Below are positions 36,778 to 46,281 of a stretch of DNA of 64,000 bases, in pieces. A program made the position numbers and the translations under genes. This DNA comes from a virus, in IMG/VR virus record IMGVR_UViG_3300046328_001165, positions 28,684 through 92,683 of that record; one strand, 5' to 3'. The notes below the pieces were generated by a model, which saw only the letters and a list, made by a program, of their open reading frames with translations, was not told where the DNA came from and ran no database searches. Each line of letters opens with the position of its first letter. Position 1 is the first letter of the stretch.

Positions 36778-37577
36778 GCTGACTTCTGCTGCTCTTGCAT
36801 CTGATTTAAACCCTTTAGGTATTGCTGTAGTTGGGGGATGCTCAATTCATTTACTCTCGCACCATTGAAGTGCCTTGCTGAGTATTCAGCACCTTTAGCT
36901 TTGAAATTTTCCATGCCCCAAACCTGTTTTGCTTTATCAACAAGCAAAGGGACTATATCTTCTGGTTTGGCAAATGGGTCGAACGTGGTGTGGATTTTGC
37001 GGATTCTAGCGATCGCCTGTTCAATGTATTCTGAAGAGTTTCGCTTCCAGTCGCTTTTTATTTCATCCTTGTGTCGGTCATCTCTGTAGGAAAGGGGGGT
37101 CTTCTGAGAGTCGAATAGCAAGGGTATGACTACTTTTGGATCTTCATCCCCCTTTCTTCCACCGATGTATATCGGCGATTTTAAGGGTTCTTCTGGTAGG
37201 TTCAAAATGGTTAGGATAAAAATTCTGGCAAAAACAGATTTGGCTCCTACCCGAATACTGTAGTTAGACCCCTCACTATAGACGTGGATAGCTATTTTTT
37301 CGGCATCGTCATATTTTGAGTTGGTAGATGGTTGGGTATATGCACTAAGGTTGTTAAAGATTCCTTTTAAGCATTCGGCATCGGTGTCTACCCAAACGTT
37401 TTTTGAGACTTCCCTCTCGAAAATAACTCTATCTTTGGCGGATATGCTGAGCTTAGGGTACAAACCAGCCGATGAGGGGAGGGGGACAAACCCAGATCCC
37501 TCCAAGGCATCTATTTTAGCCTCAAGAGTTTCTAGTTTTTTGAGTAGCATCTCCATCAATTGAGCTTGATTGATCAT
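36774..37577 (-). CDS. Hypothetical protein (possible ssDNA-binding/recombination role)
   Basis: 267 aa; N-terminal coiled coil, C-terminal NELSIPQL helix motif. Confidence 0.6.
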   Translation of the reverse strand: MINQAQLMEMLLKKLETLEAKIDALEGSGFVPLPSSAGLYPKLSISAKDRVIFEREVSKNVWVDTDAECLKGIFNNLSAYTQPSTNSKYDDAEKIAIHVYSEGSNYSIRVGAKSVFARIFILTILNLPEEPLKSPIYIGGRKGDEDPKVVIPLLFDSQKTPLSYRDDRHKDEIKSDWKRNSSEYIEQAIARIRKIHTTFDPFAKPEDIVPLLVDKAKQVWGMENFKAKGAEYSARHFNGARVNELSIPQLQQYLKGLNQMQEQQKSA

Positions 37578-37598
37578 GTTTTTGCGAATTTTTATAGG

Positions 37599-37868
37599 TT
37601 AATTTGATTGGGGCGTGGTCATCTCAGACTCAAGCTTGTCCAAAAGTAGCCACGCCTGAGCTTGATCTACTGCTTGATATTCGGCGGTGTCAGGTGGTGT
37701 CAAAAAGATTCGAGTACCTTCAACCTCAACACTGAAGCCCATAGCCAAGGCGCGATTTCGTATTTGGTCAATGCTGTAGGACTTTTTGCTGCGCTTGGAT
37801 TTTTTTGCCAAGCCTTTGGGCTCACCCATTTCGATACGATCAAACAGATCTAAAAATTCAGAACTCAT
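37599..37868 (-). CDS. Hypothetical protein
   Basis: 89 aa; downstream of the 37890-37904 motif. Confidence 0.6.
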   Translation of the reverse strand: MSSEFLDLFDRIEMGEPKGLAKKSKRSKKSYSIDQIRNRALAMGFSVEVEGTRIFLTPPDTAEYQAVDQAQAWLLLDKLESEMTTPQSN

Positions 37869-37889
37869 GTTTTGATACTTCCTTGAATT

Positions 37890-37904
37890 AATACTACCAC
37901 AAAA
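37890..37904 (-). promoter_or_regulatory. Second copy of TTTTGTGGTAGTATT
   Basis: Exact match to 1509-1523. Confidence 0.5.
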
Positions 37905-37960
37905 GCAGATCGCGGACTTAATATAGGCTAAGCCCTAACGTTGTTTGCCGCGATCGCTGA

Positions 37961-38257
37961 TCACCCTTCCGAGGGAGGAACCTCTTCCACAGGCTTTTCC
38001 CAGAAGTCTATGAGATCCCAGAACTCCGCAAGTTGGATCTCAAATTCATCCCAAGTACATGGGTAGTCAATGTCTTGATCAAGTGTGAGCCTGTCATCAG
38101 TCGCTCTGTAATCAAGGCAATAATTCTCACCCTCAACCGTTTCCATTACTTCGGTATCCATTTTGATACGCACGAAATCATCGGGAAAACTTGAGTTATT
38201 CTTGGCGAAGTCAGCTAAAGCCTCGCTCAGATCTTTGTAAGTATTCAGTGTTGTCAT
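37961..38257 (-). CDS. Acidic hypothetical protein
   Basis: 98 aa, D/E-rich. Confidence 0.65.
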   Translation of the reverse strand: MTTLNTYKDLSEALADFAKNNSSFPDDFVRIKMDTEVMETVEGENYCLDYRATDDRLTLDQDIDYPCTWDEFEIQLAEFWDLIDFWEKPVEEVPPSEG

Positions 38258-38263
38258 AGCATT

Positions 38264-38440
38264 TCATCTGTTTTGATTGTTGTCTTGATTAACCTCAACA
38301 CCCCATCGACCAGCGACAGGGTAAACACGCCGATCGCTGTGCAAGTCATAGATAATATTCTTTGCCTCCTCCTCTGTGCTAGCCTTAATAGTTTCCCTGT
38401 AGCCAAGCGGATTTCCGACAGTGTAAGACCATGATTTCAT
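38264..38440 (-). CDS. Small hypothetical protein
   Basis: Hand-translated 58 aa MKSWSYTVGNPLGY...; AGGAG SD. Confidence 0.55.
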   Translation of the reverse strand: MKSWSYTVGNPLGYRETIKASTEEEAKNIIYDLHSDRRVYPVAGRWGVEVNQDNNQNR

Positions 38441-38463
38441 TGTTTTTCTCCTTGTTTATGTTT

Positions 38464-38814
38464 TTAAAAACTATATTTAAGACGGTTTTCCCACAAAGCC
38501 TTTAAAGCCTCGTCACGACTCTCGCCTTCATAGACAACTTCGCAGTCTGAATCGGTTTCTTCGTGCCAGTCATGATACAAGGTCGCCGTCCATTTCTTGT
38601 AGCCCACGATCGTATCGCCATCATATATAGCGTTTCGACCGCCAACGCCGCCAATGCAGTTGTATTCTGTGAGGCGAATCGCCTGACACAGAAAACAGTT
38701 ACCTTGACCTGCTGGGTAATTCGTGTTTTCATCAATCCAATAGTTGTAGCCAAGATCGTGGAATAGGATTCGGATATCCTGATTCATTTTGTAATAGTCG
38801 AACGCTGGACTCAT
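38464..38814 (-). CDS. Hypothetical protein
   Basis: 116 aa; GAGGA SD. Confidence 0.65.
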   Translation of the reverse strand: MSPAFDYYKMNQDIRILFHDLGYNYWIDENTNYPAGQGNCFLCQAIRLTEYNCIGGVGGRNAIYDGDTIVGYKKWTATLYHDWHEETDSDCEVVYEGESRDEALKALWENRLKYSF

Positions 38815-38866
38815 AATCCTCTCTAATAAATTGTTTTAATTATTGATTGTGGTTGCGATCACCTAA

Positions 38867-39298
38867 CTACAGATCTGGACTCCATTCGCACATCGACTCC
38901 GCACATTCCGCTCCTCGCATGTGCGGCACGAGATCTAGCCCGTATTTAACTCTGGCGAAATCGATAAAGGACAAGACGAACATCTCATGGCAGATACCAG
39001 AATCAAGAGCCTCTTGTAGGCGCTCATAACCAAAGGCGAGTTCATCCGCATTGTCCAACCCGAACGGGTCGTCCAATTCTTGAATCCACTCATCGGTATC
39101 CTCGGACATGTTCACAAACGTGAGGCATAGCTCCTTCGGCATCTCATCAACATATTCTTTGGCGATCGCTCGAATCTGGGCGGACAATTCCTTCATGGGT
39201 TCAAGCCAAGAAGATGAAATGTCGTCAGCGCTGATTGCCTCCATAACAGTGGGAAGCCCATCGACTTCTCGAAGGCAAAATCCAATTCTGTAGCTCAT
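38867..39298 (-). CDS. Acidic hypothetical protein
   Basis: 143 aa; ATGA coupling. Confidence 0.65.
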   Translation of the reverse strand: MSYRIGFCLREVDGLPTVMEAISADDISSSWLEPMKELSAQIRAIAKEYVDEMPKELCLTFVNMSEDTDEWIQELDDPFGLDNADELAFGYERLQEALDSGICHEMFVLSFIDFARVKYGLDLVPHMRGAECAESMCEWSPDL

Positions 39299-39600
39299 AT
39301 TCTCCTCGCGTTCATTCTGTTTCGTTCATTCTGTGCTGCAACCTTAGCATCTACCCGTCTTTGCCAGTTGGCTTCACGAGCGAGATCCTCAGCGATCGCG
39401 TCAATGAGTAGCTGCGGATATAAGTTACCCGCCTCGTCCACGATCACCAGTTTAGATCTCTCCGCAGGCTCAAGAAAGCTGTCTTTGTCTCGTAAGCGCC
39501 ACAGATTCCATTTGAGAATACGAATGTTGTCTGTGGCGCTAGGGGAGTATAGAATGTCTCCGTTAGGAAGGATTTGTCTGATCCGATACTCCTTTCCCAT
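39295..39600 (-). CDS. Hypothetical protein
   Basis: 101 aa; SD. Confidence 0.65.
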   Translation of the reverse strand: MGKEYRIRQILPNGDILYSPSATDNIRILKWNLWRLRDKDSFLEPAERSKLVIVDEAGNLYPQLLIDAIAEDLAREANWQRRVDAKVAAQNERNRMNARRI

Positions 39601-39605
39601 GCATT

Positions 39606-39872
39606 TTAGCTATTCTCCTTAGCCCTGCAATACTCTTCTTTGGACACTTCTTCCCAGTTGCCGTTAAAGAAGTCAACGCCCCAAACCTCTTTGGGGTAGT
39701 CTCGTCCCACAAAGGTCAAGATATACTTGGTTGTATGATAGCCTTCAAGAGATCTCGTAGACCTGACATTGTGAACTTGGTCAAGAGTAGCAACAAGCCC
39801 TGATGGGATGTACCTGTAGTACTCGTTAGTAACTTCGATAACTTCAATAACTGCCTCAAATTTCCGCGCCAT
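39606..39872 (-). CDS. Hypothetical protein
   Basis: 88 aa; SD. Confidence 0.65.
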   Translation of the reverse strand: MARKFEAVIEVIEVTNEYYRYIPSGLVATLDQVHNVRSTRSLEGYHTTKYILTFVGRDYPKEVWGVDFFNGNWEEVSKEEYCRAKENS

Positions 39873-39909
39873 GTCAATCCTCTAGTGTTTTTGTTTTGAG
39901 CCCGATTGT

Positions 39910-40191
39910 TTAAAATGGTATGTCGTAGTAGGTGTAGGGTTTGTCGTCAGTGTCAACATCATCTACCTTTTCAATCCTTCCATCTCTGATGAGGTTAGCG
40001 ATCGCGAGATCCGTAATCTTGTCCGCGTTCGATTTGTCTACGCCGATTGTCTGTTCGTAAACTTCGACTTTTAGCTGATAAAGCTCTTGAGGACCACGAG
40101 CTTCGATCAAGTCTACGATGTGCGTAGCGGCGGCGATCCCTATATATTCCAAGCTGTTCATTACTTTCGCCATATATTCCAAGCTGTTCAT
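39910..40191 (-). CDS. Winged-helix-like small protein (paralog of 40802-41152)
   Basis: AIANLIRDGRIEKV...YTYYDIP; duplicated N-terminus. Confidence 0.6.
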   Translation of the reverse strand: MNSLEYMAKVMNSLEYIGIAAATHIVDLIEARGPQELYQLKVEVYEQTIGVDKSNADKITDLAIANLIRDGRIEKVDDVDTDDKPYTYYDIPF

Positions 40192-40197
40192 TACTTT
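40142..40197. repeat. 26-bp direct repeat with 30-bp period
   Basis: ATATATTCCAAGCTGTTCATTACTTT at 40142 and 40172. Confidence 0.85.
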
Positions 40198-40508
40198 TTG
40201 AACCTAATAGTTGTGCAATTGTGATTTTCGGGCGCGATGGATGGGCGAACATGCCATGTCTCCTCATGGTCGCAGAGCAGAAACCATGGATCGTAATCGA
40301 TCGCAGTTTCCACGACCTCCTTGAAGTAAAGTGTCCAGCCATCAAACTCAAAACCAGTAAGTCGGTTTTGAGTTTGCTTTTTAGCCCAGTCCACGAGTTG
40401 CCGCTTGATCGCCCTTTCGGATGGCAGATCGGCTTCGGGGATGTCGCCAAGCCCGATATCGTCATAGCAAATAGCTTGTTGGAAGTAAAGCTCAACCGTC
40501 CGCTGCAT
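40191..40508 (-). CDS. Hypothetical protein
   Basis: 105 aa; TAATG coupling. Confidence 0.6.
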   Translation of the reverse strand: MQRTVELYFQQAICYDDIGLGDIPEADLPSERAIKRQLVDWAKKQTQNRLTGFEFDGWTLYFKEVVETAIDYDPWFLLCDHEETWHVRPSIAPENHNCTTIRFKK

Positions 40509-40516
40509 ATCTTTCC

Positions 40517-40750
40517 CTATACCTGTGTTAGTGGCGACGATGGGTATATATTGATGTCGGTCAGGTCGATAAGACCTTTGACATCCTCTTCGAGAACGTG
40601 AGGCTCAATCTCGTAAACGGTAATAGTGGATTGGGTGAACGGATGGCGGCGGACAGGATCGGCAGCGAAGTGAAGTCTAGACGGCAGTAGATAGTCGCGG
40701 ATAAAACGAAGCAGAGCCTCGTCATGTTGCATTCTAATTTTTGTAGCCAT
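40517..40750 (-). CDS. Hypothetical protein
   Basis: 77 aa. Confidence 0.55.
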   Translation of the reverse strand: MATKIRMQHDEALLRFIRDYLLPSRLHFAADPVRRHPFTQSTITVYEIEPHVLEEDVKGLIDLTDINIYPSSPLTQV

Positions 40751-40801
40751 GTTTTTACTTGCGTGAATTTATTGTAAAGCGCGATCGTTTGCTCAGGTGT
40801 T

Positions 40802-41152
40802 CTAGTCGTCACTTTCCGCTGGCAGGTTGTAGTAAGTGGTTACAACATTCTCTTCATCCTCGTCCTCCCATTCCTCAATCAAATTGTAGGCAAGGAGTGT
40901 GGTGATCGCATTTTCAATAGCCTCTTCAATTTCCGAGATCTCAGCCAAGGGGGAATCCGTGGACGCGCTTAGGGACGTGGCATAGCTAGCAAAGTTTGAT
41001 CTTATGCAGTGCTTGTCTGCACAGCCATCGCCAAGGAGGTTGATAACGTAATCAGCGGCTTTGGCGGCAAGAGGAGTAGGAAATAGCCTCTCCCAAAACT
41101 GCCTGTTACGGGTGTCGCAAAGAAAACTCATAGTTGCATCTAGACTTGCCAT
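40802..41152 (-). CDS. Winged-helix-like small protein (paralog of 39910-40191)
   Basis: AITTLLAYNLIEEW...VTTYYNLP. Confidence 0.6.
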   Translation of the reverse strand: MASLDATMSFLCDTRNRQFWERLFPTPLAAKAADYVINLLGDGCADKHCIRSNFASYATSLSASTDSPLAEISEIEEAIENAITTLLAYNLIEEWEDEDEENVVTTYYNLPAESDD

Positions 41153-41215
41153 TATTTTTCCTCAGTGTTTTGCTGTGTAGGTGCGATCGCCCGACATGAA
41201 CGAATCGCACTGGAA

Positions 41216-41554
41216 TTAATCCTTACCTATTGCGGCGCTGAAAATCTCGTAGAGCCCGTAAGCAACCAGCCCTACACCTATAGAACCCTTGATCCCATGA
41301 CCAACCGCTTCGATCTTCCTACCCTTTCGATTAGCCCTTGACATCGCAAAGAACTCGTTAACAGCAAGTTCGGTGCAGTCGCCCATCGAATCGTTGATCT
41401 GACCGCTAAACTCTGCGAGAGTCATACTCTCGTAGTCTTCTTGTGATGCGATCGCTTTTTTTCTTTTCCTAACGCTTGATTTAGCTCCCTTCTGCTGCTT
41501 GTAAGCAGCCAAAAGCTCACGCAAGCCGTTCAACTCTTCTTCGGTCATCGCCAT
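41216..41554 (-). CDS. Hypothetical protein with C-terminal TM helix
   Basis: IGVGLVAYGLYEIFSAAI; GGGAG SD before ATG 41554. Confidence 0.6.
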   Translation of the reverse strand: MAMTEEELNGLRELLAAYKQQKGAKSSVRKRKKAIASQEDYESMTLAEFSGQINDSMGDCTELAVNEFFAMSRANRKGRKIEAVGHGIKGSIGVGLVAYGLYEIFSAAIGKD

Positions 41555-41638
41555 TCGCAGTCTCCCTGTTTTGATTTTGTTGTGTTGAAATCGCAAAGGA
41601 GTGGAGGTGGCGATCGGGCTTTAGTTGGCATAGGCTAG

Positions 41639-41989
41639 TTAAGCCTCAAGGTTTTCAATAGCGATTTTGCCTGACCCTACGGGCTGCGAGAAGTGTTTGA
41701 CAAATGAGCTTATCGCAAACTCAGAAATAGGTTGTGAGCATTTAGACCAACCCATCCAAGACCAGACTTCGCAGTGGTAGAAAATCTGCGCGTCAAGTAG
41801 TTCAGCCCCAGAAACAAAAGCCGACAAAACTCGAAACTTTTCTGTCTTCTCGCCTACATCGCGGGAAAATTCAAAGCCGTCGGGATACAGTCGAGTCTTC
41901 TCAGTAAGTGCTTGAAGCTCAACTCGCTTCAAGCCATCAAAGTGGCTGATGATTTCTTGAGCCGATTCGGTTAAGTTTTTTGAATACAT
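41639..41989 (-). CDS. Tandem paralog family A
   Basis: RLYPDGFEF...FYHC...PISEFAI. Confidence 0.7.
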   Translation of the reverse strand: MYSKNLTESAQEIISHFDGLKRVELQALTEKTRLYPDGFEFSRDVGEKTEKFRVLSAFVSGAELLDAQIFYHCEVWSWMGWSKCSQPISEFAISSFVKHFSQPVGSGKIAIENLEA

Positions 41990-42313
41990 CTAAACCTCCT
42001 GTTCTGGTGTTCCAAATTTAGCGATCGCCCTGTCAATCGCGCTCTCCGAGAGAGGCATAACCTCATGATCTTCTGGAGTCCAAGAAGGGACATGACAGCG
42101 ATACCAAACTTGAATATCGTCATCAGCAAAGCCGCTTAGGTAAGCCCCAAGAATGTAGCTCCCCTCTAGTTCGCCCGAAACAGAGGGGTAATAGAACTTG
42201 AAGTTGCTGGGGTATTTACGGGATTGTTCTGCGAGGTCTTGGAGTCTCTTCGCTTTAATTTCTTCCGCCCAGACTATTATTTTATTCGCAGCATCGTGTA
42301 CTTTTGGATTCAT
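41990..42313 (-). CDS. Tandem paralog family A
   Basis: RKYPSNFKFYYPS...WYRC...AIAKFGTP. Confidence 0.7.
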   Translation of the reverse strand: MNPKVHDAANKIIVWAEEIKAKRLQDLAEQSRKYPSNFKFYYPSVSGELEGSYILGAYLSGFADDDIQVWYRCHVPSWTPEDHEVMPLSESAIDRAIAKFGTPEQEV

Positions 42314-42664
42314 TCAAGCCTCCTGTCTTGGTGTTCCAAATTTAGCGATCGCCATACTGATTGTCTTTTCTTCCAAAGGGACAATCTCTCCTTCATGAGT
42401 GTATAACGTAGGTATAGAGCAGGAATACCAAATGCCTATGCCCCCGATTTCTGCGTTAGGCAGGTAGCCGCAAACGATGCTCCCTAGATGAAGTTCTCCG
42501 TCTTCTGGTGAAGGATAATAGAACTCGTGTCCGTCTGGGTACATCCTATATCTCTCCAACAGAGCTAGTAAATCATGATGCCTATCCCTCGAAATGCGGG
42601 TATAGGCATCATGAAAACGCTGCTCAATCTCAATCATCCCGTTAACTACTTTGTTATCTTGCAT
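42314..42664 (-). CDS. Tandem paralog family A
   Basis: RMYPDGHEFYYPS...WYSC...AIAKFGTP. Confidence 0.7.
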   Translation of the reverse strand: MQDNKVVNGMIEIEQRFHDAYTRISRDRHHDLLALLERYRMYPDGHEFYYPSPEDGELHLGSIVCGYLPNAEIGGIGIWYSCSIPTLYTHEGEIVPLEEKTISMAIAKFGTPRQEA

Positions 42665-42817
42665 CTAAGCCTCCTTGTTGTCGTATGATTTGACCACGAT
42701 AAAAATGACCCCGTTACGGCGAACGGGGTACTGAGCTGATCGGCGAGGCGATCGCGCTTTGTTGTGAGCAGTGTTAGTTTTAGCCATTAATCCTCCAAGG
42801 TTGCTTTCGGCTTTATC

Positions 42818-43144
42818 TTAGCTGTCCAAATATGAAAGCTCGCGAGGCGAAAGCTCCCCCTCTTGGTAAAAGTTGAGAGATCCAAAACCATACGAAGCGG
42901 ACTGCTTCCAATCGTCTCCATACTCTTCGACCATGAATTCTTGAGCGTCTTTATGGGCTTGCTTTATACCTGCGGAGATCTTCTCGGCGCGATTGTCGCC
43001 ATCCTCCAATGTGCAAACACTGAAGTGGTTTACTGATCGCTTCTGGGGATGGACAAGAGTTGCGTTAGATCCTAATGGAGTGGAATCGAAATAGCCTGGG
43101 CTGCGAGAGTGGAAGAAGTCGATAAGAACGTGCGTTTTAGACAT
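42818..43144 (-). CDS. Hypothetical protein
   Basis: 108 aa; AGGAG SD. Confidence 0.65.
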   Translation of the reverse strand: MSKTHVLIDFFHSRSPGYFDSTPLGSNATLVHPQKRSVNHFSVCTLEDGDNRAEKISAGIKQAHKDAQEFMVEEYGDDWKQSASYGFGSLNFYQEGELSPRELSYLDS

Positions 43145-43164
43145 AGCGGAATCTCCTGTGATAA

Positions 43165-43470
43165 TTATTCAATGTAAATAAGCCAGCGAGTGTTAACTGT
43201 CTGACCGCGATCGCTTAAATAGTCATAAATGCTACCGAAAGACTCTACCTGAACCTCCTCAACATCATTATTCTCAGCAATCCAAGTATTAGCGTACTCG
43301 TTATTGATGAAGGGGTGTAGCTTTGCCACAACGCCTTCAACCTCCGTACCGTTGACTCTGGGATAGGCTTGAGTATTACTTGGAATTTCATTCGTGCCTG
43401 CGAGCACTCCAAAGAACTCGATCGTATCAAGGAAGTCAATTACGATTGATGTGATTAAAAATTTTTTCAT
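43165..43470 (-). CDS. Hypothetical protein
   Basis: 101 aa. Confidence 0.6.
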   Translation of the reverse strand: MKKFLITSIVIDFLDTIEFFGVLAGTNEIPSNTQAYPRVNGTEVEGVVAKLHPFINNEYANTWIAENNDVEEVQVESFGSIYDYLSDRGQTVNTRWLIYIE

Positions 43471-43480
43471 GTGCCCTACT

Positions 43481-43807
43481 TTAAATCCGATTCAAGAGCG
43501 TACAGAGCAAAAGCTTGATCTTCACCCATATAGTCAACCTCAACAGAACCCTCAATAGGTCTCGTATAAAGGCGAATTTCTTTGCGAATCCAAGGCTTAG
43601 TGATCGGGTGGTTTTGAAGCCATAGTACTTCCCCGCCGCTCTAGTAGATCCGTATTTCTGCCCCTCCTTTACGGGTGTAAAGGTAGAGGTGAACCTTGTC
43701 AATAACACACCGACTTGGCGGTTAAATTTATCAGCTCCTAGACCCGCAACATGAACCTCAGATTCTACAAAGCGGTCTTCTTCTGTTAGGACTTGACTTT
43801 CAGCCAT
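43481..43807 (-). CDS. Hypothetical protein, probably chimeric/frameshifted near 43605
   Basis: Unnatural C-terminus; an alternative frame gives ITKPWIRKEIRLYTRPIEGSVEVDYMGEDQAFALYALESDLK*. Confidence 0.45.
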   Translation of the reverse strand: MAESQVLTEEDRFVESEVHVAGLGADKFNRQVGVLLTRFTSTFTPVKEGQKYGSTRAAGKYYGFKTTRSLSLGFAKKFAFIRDLLRVLLRLTIWVKIKLLLCTLLNRI

Positions 43808-43810
43808 AAT

Positions 43811-44242
43811 TCACCCCTCAATTGGTAGTGGTTGATTGTTGGCGATCGCGTTCTGAACAAGCTGGTTGAGCCAGAGCATAGCGGCTTCCTTCTCCGCGTC
43901 CCACCTGTCGGGAAGCTTAGGTAGTAGTGGATTAAAATGTGCGATCGCTACTTTGCAAAACATAGCCTCAACATCAATACCCTCCGCTTCGTCAATGGTG
44001 TCAATCCAGTCTAGGCATTCATCAACGAATTTCAGCAGCAATGAACCCTCTCCTTTTGGAAGGCGAGAATGAGGGGTGTCGCGAAGCCAGTTGTAGTAGT
44101 CCTCCTCGCAGGTCTTGAACAGGTTGTCAAGAACTGCATCTCTCGTCCAGTAACCCGCAATCAAGGTAACATAAGGCTCAAGAAGCTTTCTCGCTTCTGA
44201 ATCTAGGCGGAGTGTGTCAATAAAAACGACTCTAGATGCCAT
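43811..44242 (-). CDS. Hypothetical protein
   Basis: Start at MASRVV; ends AIANNQPLPIEG. Confidence 0.6.
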   Translation of the reverse strand: MASRVVFIDTLRLDSEARKLLEPYVTLIAGYWTRDAVLDNLFKTCEEDYYNWLRDTPHSRLPKGEGSLLLKFVDECLDWIDTIDEAEGIDVEAMFCKVAIAHFNPLLPKLPDRWDAEKEAAMLWLNQLVQNAIANNQPLPIEG

Positions 44243-44246
44243 GAAT

Positions 44247-44654
44247 TCATTCCTCAGTTGGTAGTGGCTGGTTATTGGCGATCGCATCTAATTCTTCAAG
44301 GCTCAGGTAAGGCGTGTTCTGGCGATTACTGGAGTCATAAACTTCCCAGAACACCGCAGGCTCATCACCTTCAACATCAATCCAAACCCCTGTTGACTCG
44401 TGACGGCACTCAATTAGATGTTCGTCGTTCGGAAGGGTAAAGAAATCGTCAGGCAGATACGGTCTTTTTTGGGTGTACCTGCTAAACACGTAAAGCCTCT
44501 CAAAAGCGAACCGACTAAGCCGAATCTCAGAGACATCTTCAATTCTGGGTAAGGAATAAATCTCTCTCGCCCTGCCAGCGATCGCACTCGCCATCTCAGG
44601 GGTCAGTTCTATAGCCAATCCACTGCCGCTGCGATCATAGAATCCTAACAACAT
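44247..44654 (-). CDS. Hypothetical protein
   Basis: Ends AIANNQPLPTEE. Confidence 0.65.
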   Translation of the reverse strand: MLLGFYDRSGSGLAIELTPEMASAIAGRAREIYSLPRIEDVSEIRLSRFAFERLYVFSRYTQKRPYLPDDFFTLPNDEHLIECRHESTGVWIDVEGDEPAVFWEVYDSSNRQNTPYLSLEELDAIANNQPLPTEE

Positions 44655-45049
44655 CTATTTATCTCCTCATGACGTTGAGCAAAGTATTCGTGAACCTCTT
44701 GAAATCTCCCTTTAATCCAAGACCATTGGGCAATGCTACCCTCTAAGTCGGGATCGGGTTGAATGTCTTGGCAGTAAGAGCAGTGACCGTTTTGGCTTCC
44801 GTCTATTGCTACAGGTACAGAATAGACACTATAGAAGATTCTTCCTGTCCGTCTTTCCGCCCTTTCGCCAAGAGCGAGGAATCTAAACTTCCCGCCAGAC
44901 ATCGAATTCTGGGAATAGGGTTTAGGGGCGATTAGCAGGAAGGCTCCTGTATTCCATGTAATATCCCAGTCCTCATTTATGTGAGCGGTGAGATTCCCTT
45001 CGCGCCATCCCAATAATTTCGAGACAGCTAGAGACAATTCGTTGTCCAT
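44645..45049 (-). CDS. Hypothetical protein
   Basis: 134 aa; AGGAG SD. Confidence 0.65.
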   Translation of the reverse strand: MDNELSLAVSKLLGWREGNLTAHINEDWDITWNTGAFLLIAPKPYSQNSMSGGKFRFLALGERAERRTGRIFYSVYSVPVAIDGSQNGHCSYCQDIQPDPDLEGSIAQWSWIKGRFQEVHEYFAQRHEEINRCC

Positions 45050-45057
45050 AAGATCTC

Positions 45058-45525
45058 CTAGTTGTCGTTGAAAACGTGACCGTCGTGCAAAACATATCCA
45101 TTGGAGAAGAGATCGTTAGCGATCGCCTCGTAATCAATGCAATACTCAAGGAAAGTGGGGATCTCCATAAGGTTATCTGCATAGAAGTGAGCGAGTTTAA
45201 CCTCTGTCTCAAACTCCCCTTCGTGTCGCTCTTGATACTTCCGAACATCGTCCCAATGCTTGATATATACCAGAAACCCTTCGCCATGCTCCTCAACAGC
45301 TTCGGCGATCTCAATAACTCGATCTATATCGGGATTGGTTCCAAGATTCGGCATATCCTCGTAGTCGTGAATAGCCCATTCTTCGGCATCCTCAATGGGT
45401 GATTCTTCGAGAAGCTTTTCGATTTGATCCTCAAGGTCGGAATCAGAAGCGCAAAGCCATTCCCCATGCGTACAACCTGCGTTGTACGATGCTAAACAAA
45501 CAACGTAGACTTGTGGATTGTGCAT
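45058..45525 (-). CDS. ardA: Antirestriction protein ArdA
   Basis: VYVVCLASYNAG..HGEW...EEWAIHDYE...IDYEAIANDL...GHVF signature; highly acidic. Confidence 0.9.
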   Translation of the reverse strand: MHNPQVYVVCLASYNAGCTHGEWLCASDSDLEDQIEKLLEESPIEDAEEWAIHDYEDMPNLGTNPDIDRVIEIAEAVEEHGEGFLVYIKHWDDVRKYQERHEGEFETEVKLAHFYADNLMEIPTFLEYCIDYEAIANDLFSNGYVLHDGHVFNDN

Positions 45526-45558
45526 TGCTGTGTCTCCTTATTTCGATTTGTTTTGATG

Positions 45559-45741
45559 CTAAACGGCGGTAGATTTGCCGAGTTTCGGGGCGGCGTAAAC
45601 TCTGACGTGGCTCCACCCAACTTTTTTCAACTCAGATTTAATGTATCCAACGTTCTCTTTCGCCACATAAACACTGCTCGACTCCTCATAGGCTTGAAAC
45701 GCCCACAAGGTAAGTCTCTGTTTCATAAACTCAAAAAGCAT
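45559..45741 (-). CDS. Small hypothetical protein
   Basis: AGGAG SD before ATG 45741. Confidence 0.45.
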   Translation of the reverse strand: MLFEFMKQRLTLWAFQAYEESSSVYVAKENVGYIKSELKKVGWSHVRVYAAPKLGKSTAV

Positions 45742-45858
45742 AAGATCTCCTAGATTTTTCCAACGCGAAGCTGAGGCGATCGCCTGTCGTAATATTGATT
45801 TTAAACAAATGTTTGTGGCAGTATTATTGCAGCGATCGCGCTCTAAAGTCAATTAAAT

Positions 45859-46281
45859 TCAGCCGTACATCTCGTTAGATTCCCAGTAGTCAAATTCAAT
45901 GCGCTGGTAGTTACAGTTCATGTGGTGGACAGTGTGGATACCGCCTGCGTCTATAGTCACCTTCCCTTCTGTCCAGTCCCCGTTATCCATCACGCGAATT
46001 GAATAGACGGGAGATATAGCGCAAAATTCCTCATAGTTCCGATGGCTGCATTCTTTGAATCTGCCGATAATTCCCACTCCGCCAGATGTTTTGTGTAGTG
46101 GCAATTCTCCGCCAAGGGTTAACCCTCGGTGTTCAAGCCAATTTAAAAAGTTCTGACGCTTGTTGAATGCGACGTAAGATAAAGCGGCTGTTGTGACCGT
46201 GTACCAATAGTTACAACATTTGCTGTTTGCGTCTTCGTCTAGGGTGCATACAAATAGCTGCGAGTAGTTTGTCGTGTGCAT
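45859..46281 (-). CDS. Hypothetical protein (Cys/His-rich)
   Basis: 140 aa; SD. Confidence 0.65.
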   Translation of the reverse strand: MHTTNYSQLFVCTLDEDANSKCCNYWYTVTTAALSYVAFNKRQNFLNWLEHRGLTLGGELPLHKTSGGVGIIGRFKECSHRNYEEFCAISPVYSIRVMDNGDWTEGKVTIDAGGIHTVHHMNCNYQRIEFDYWESNEMYG

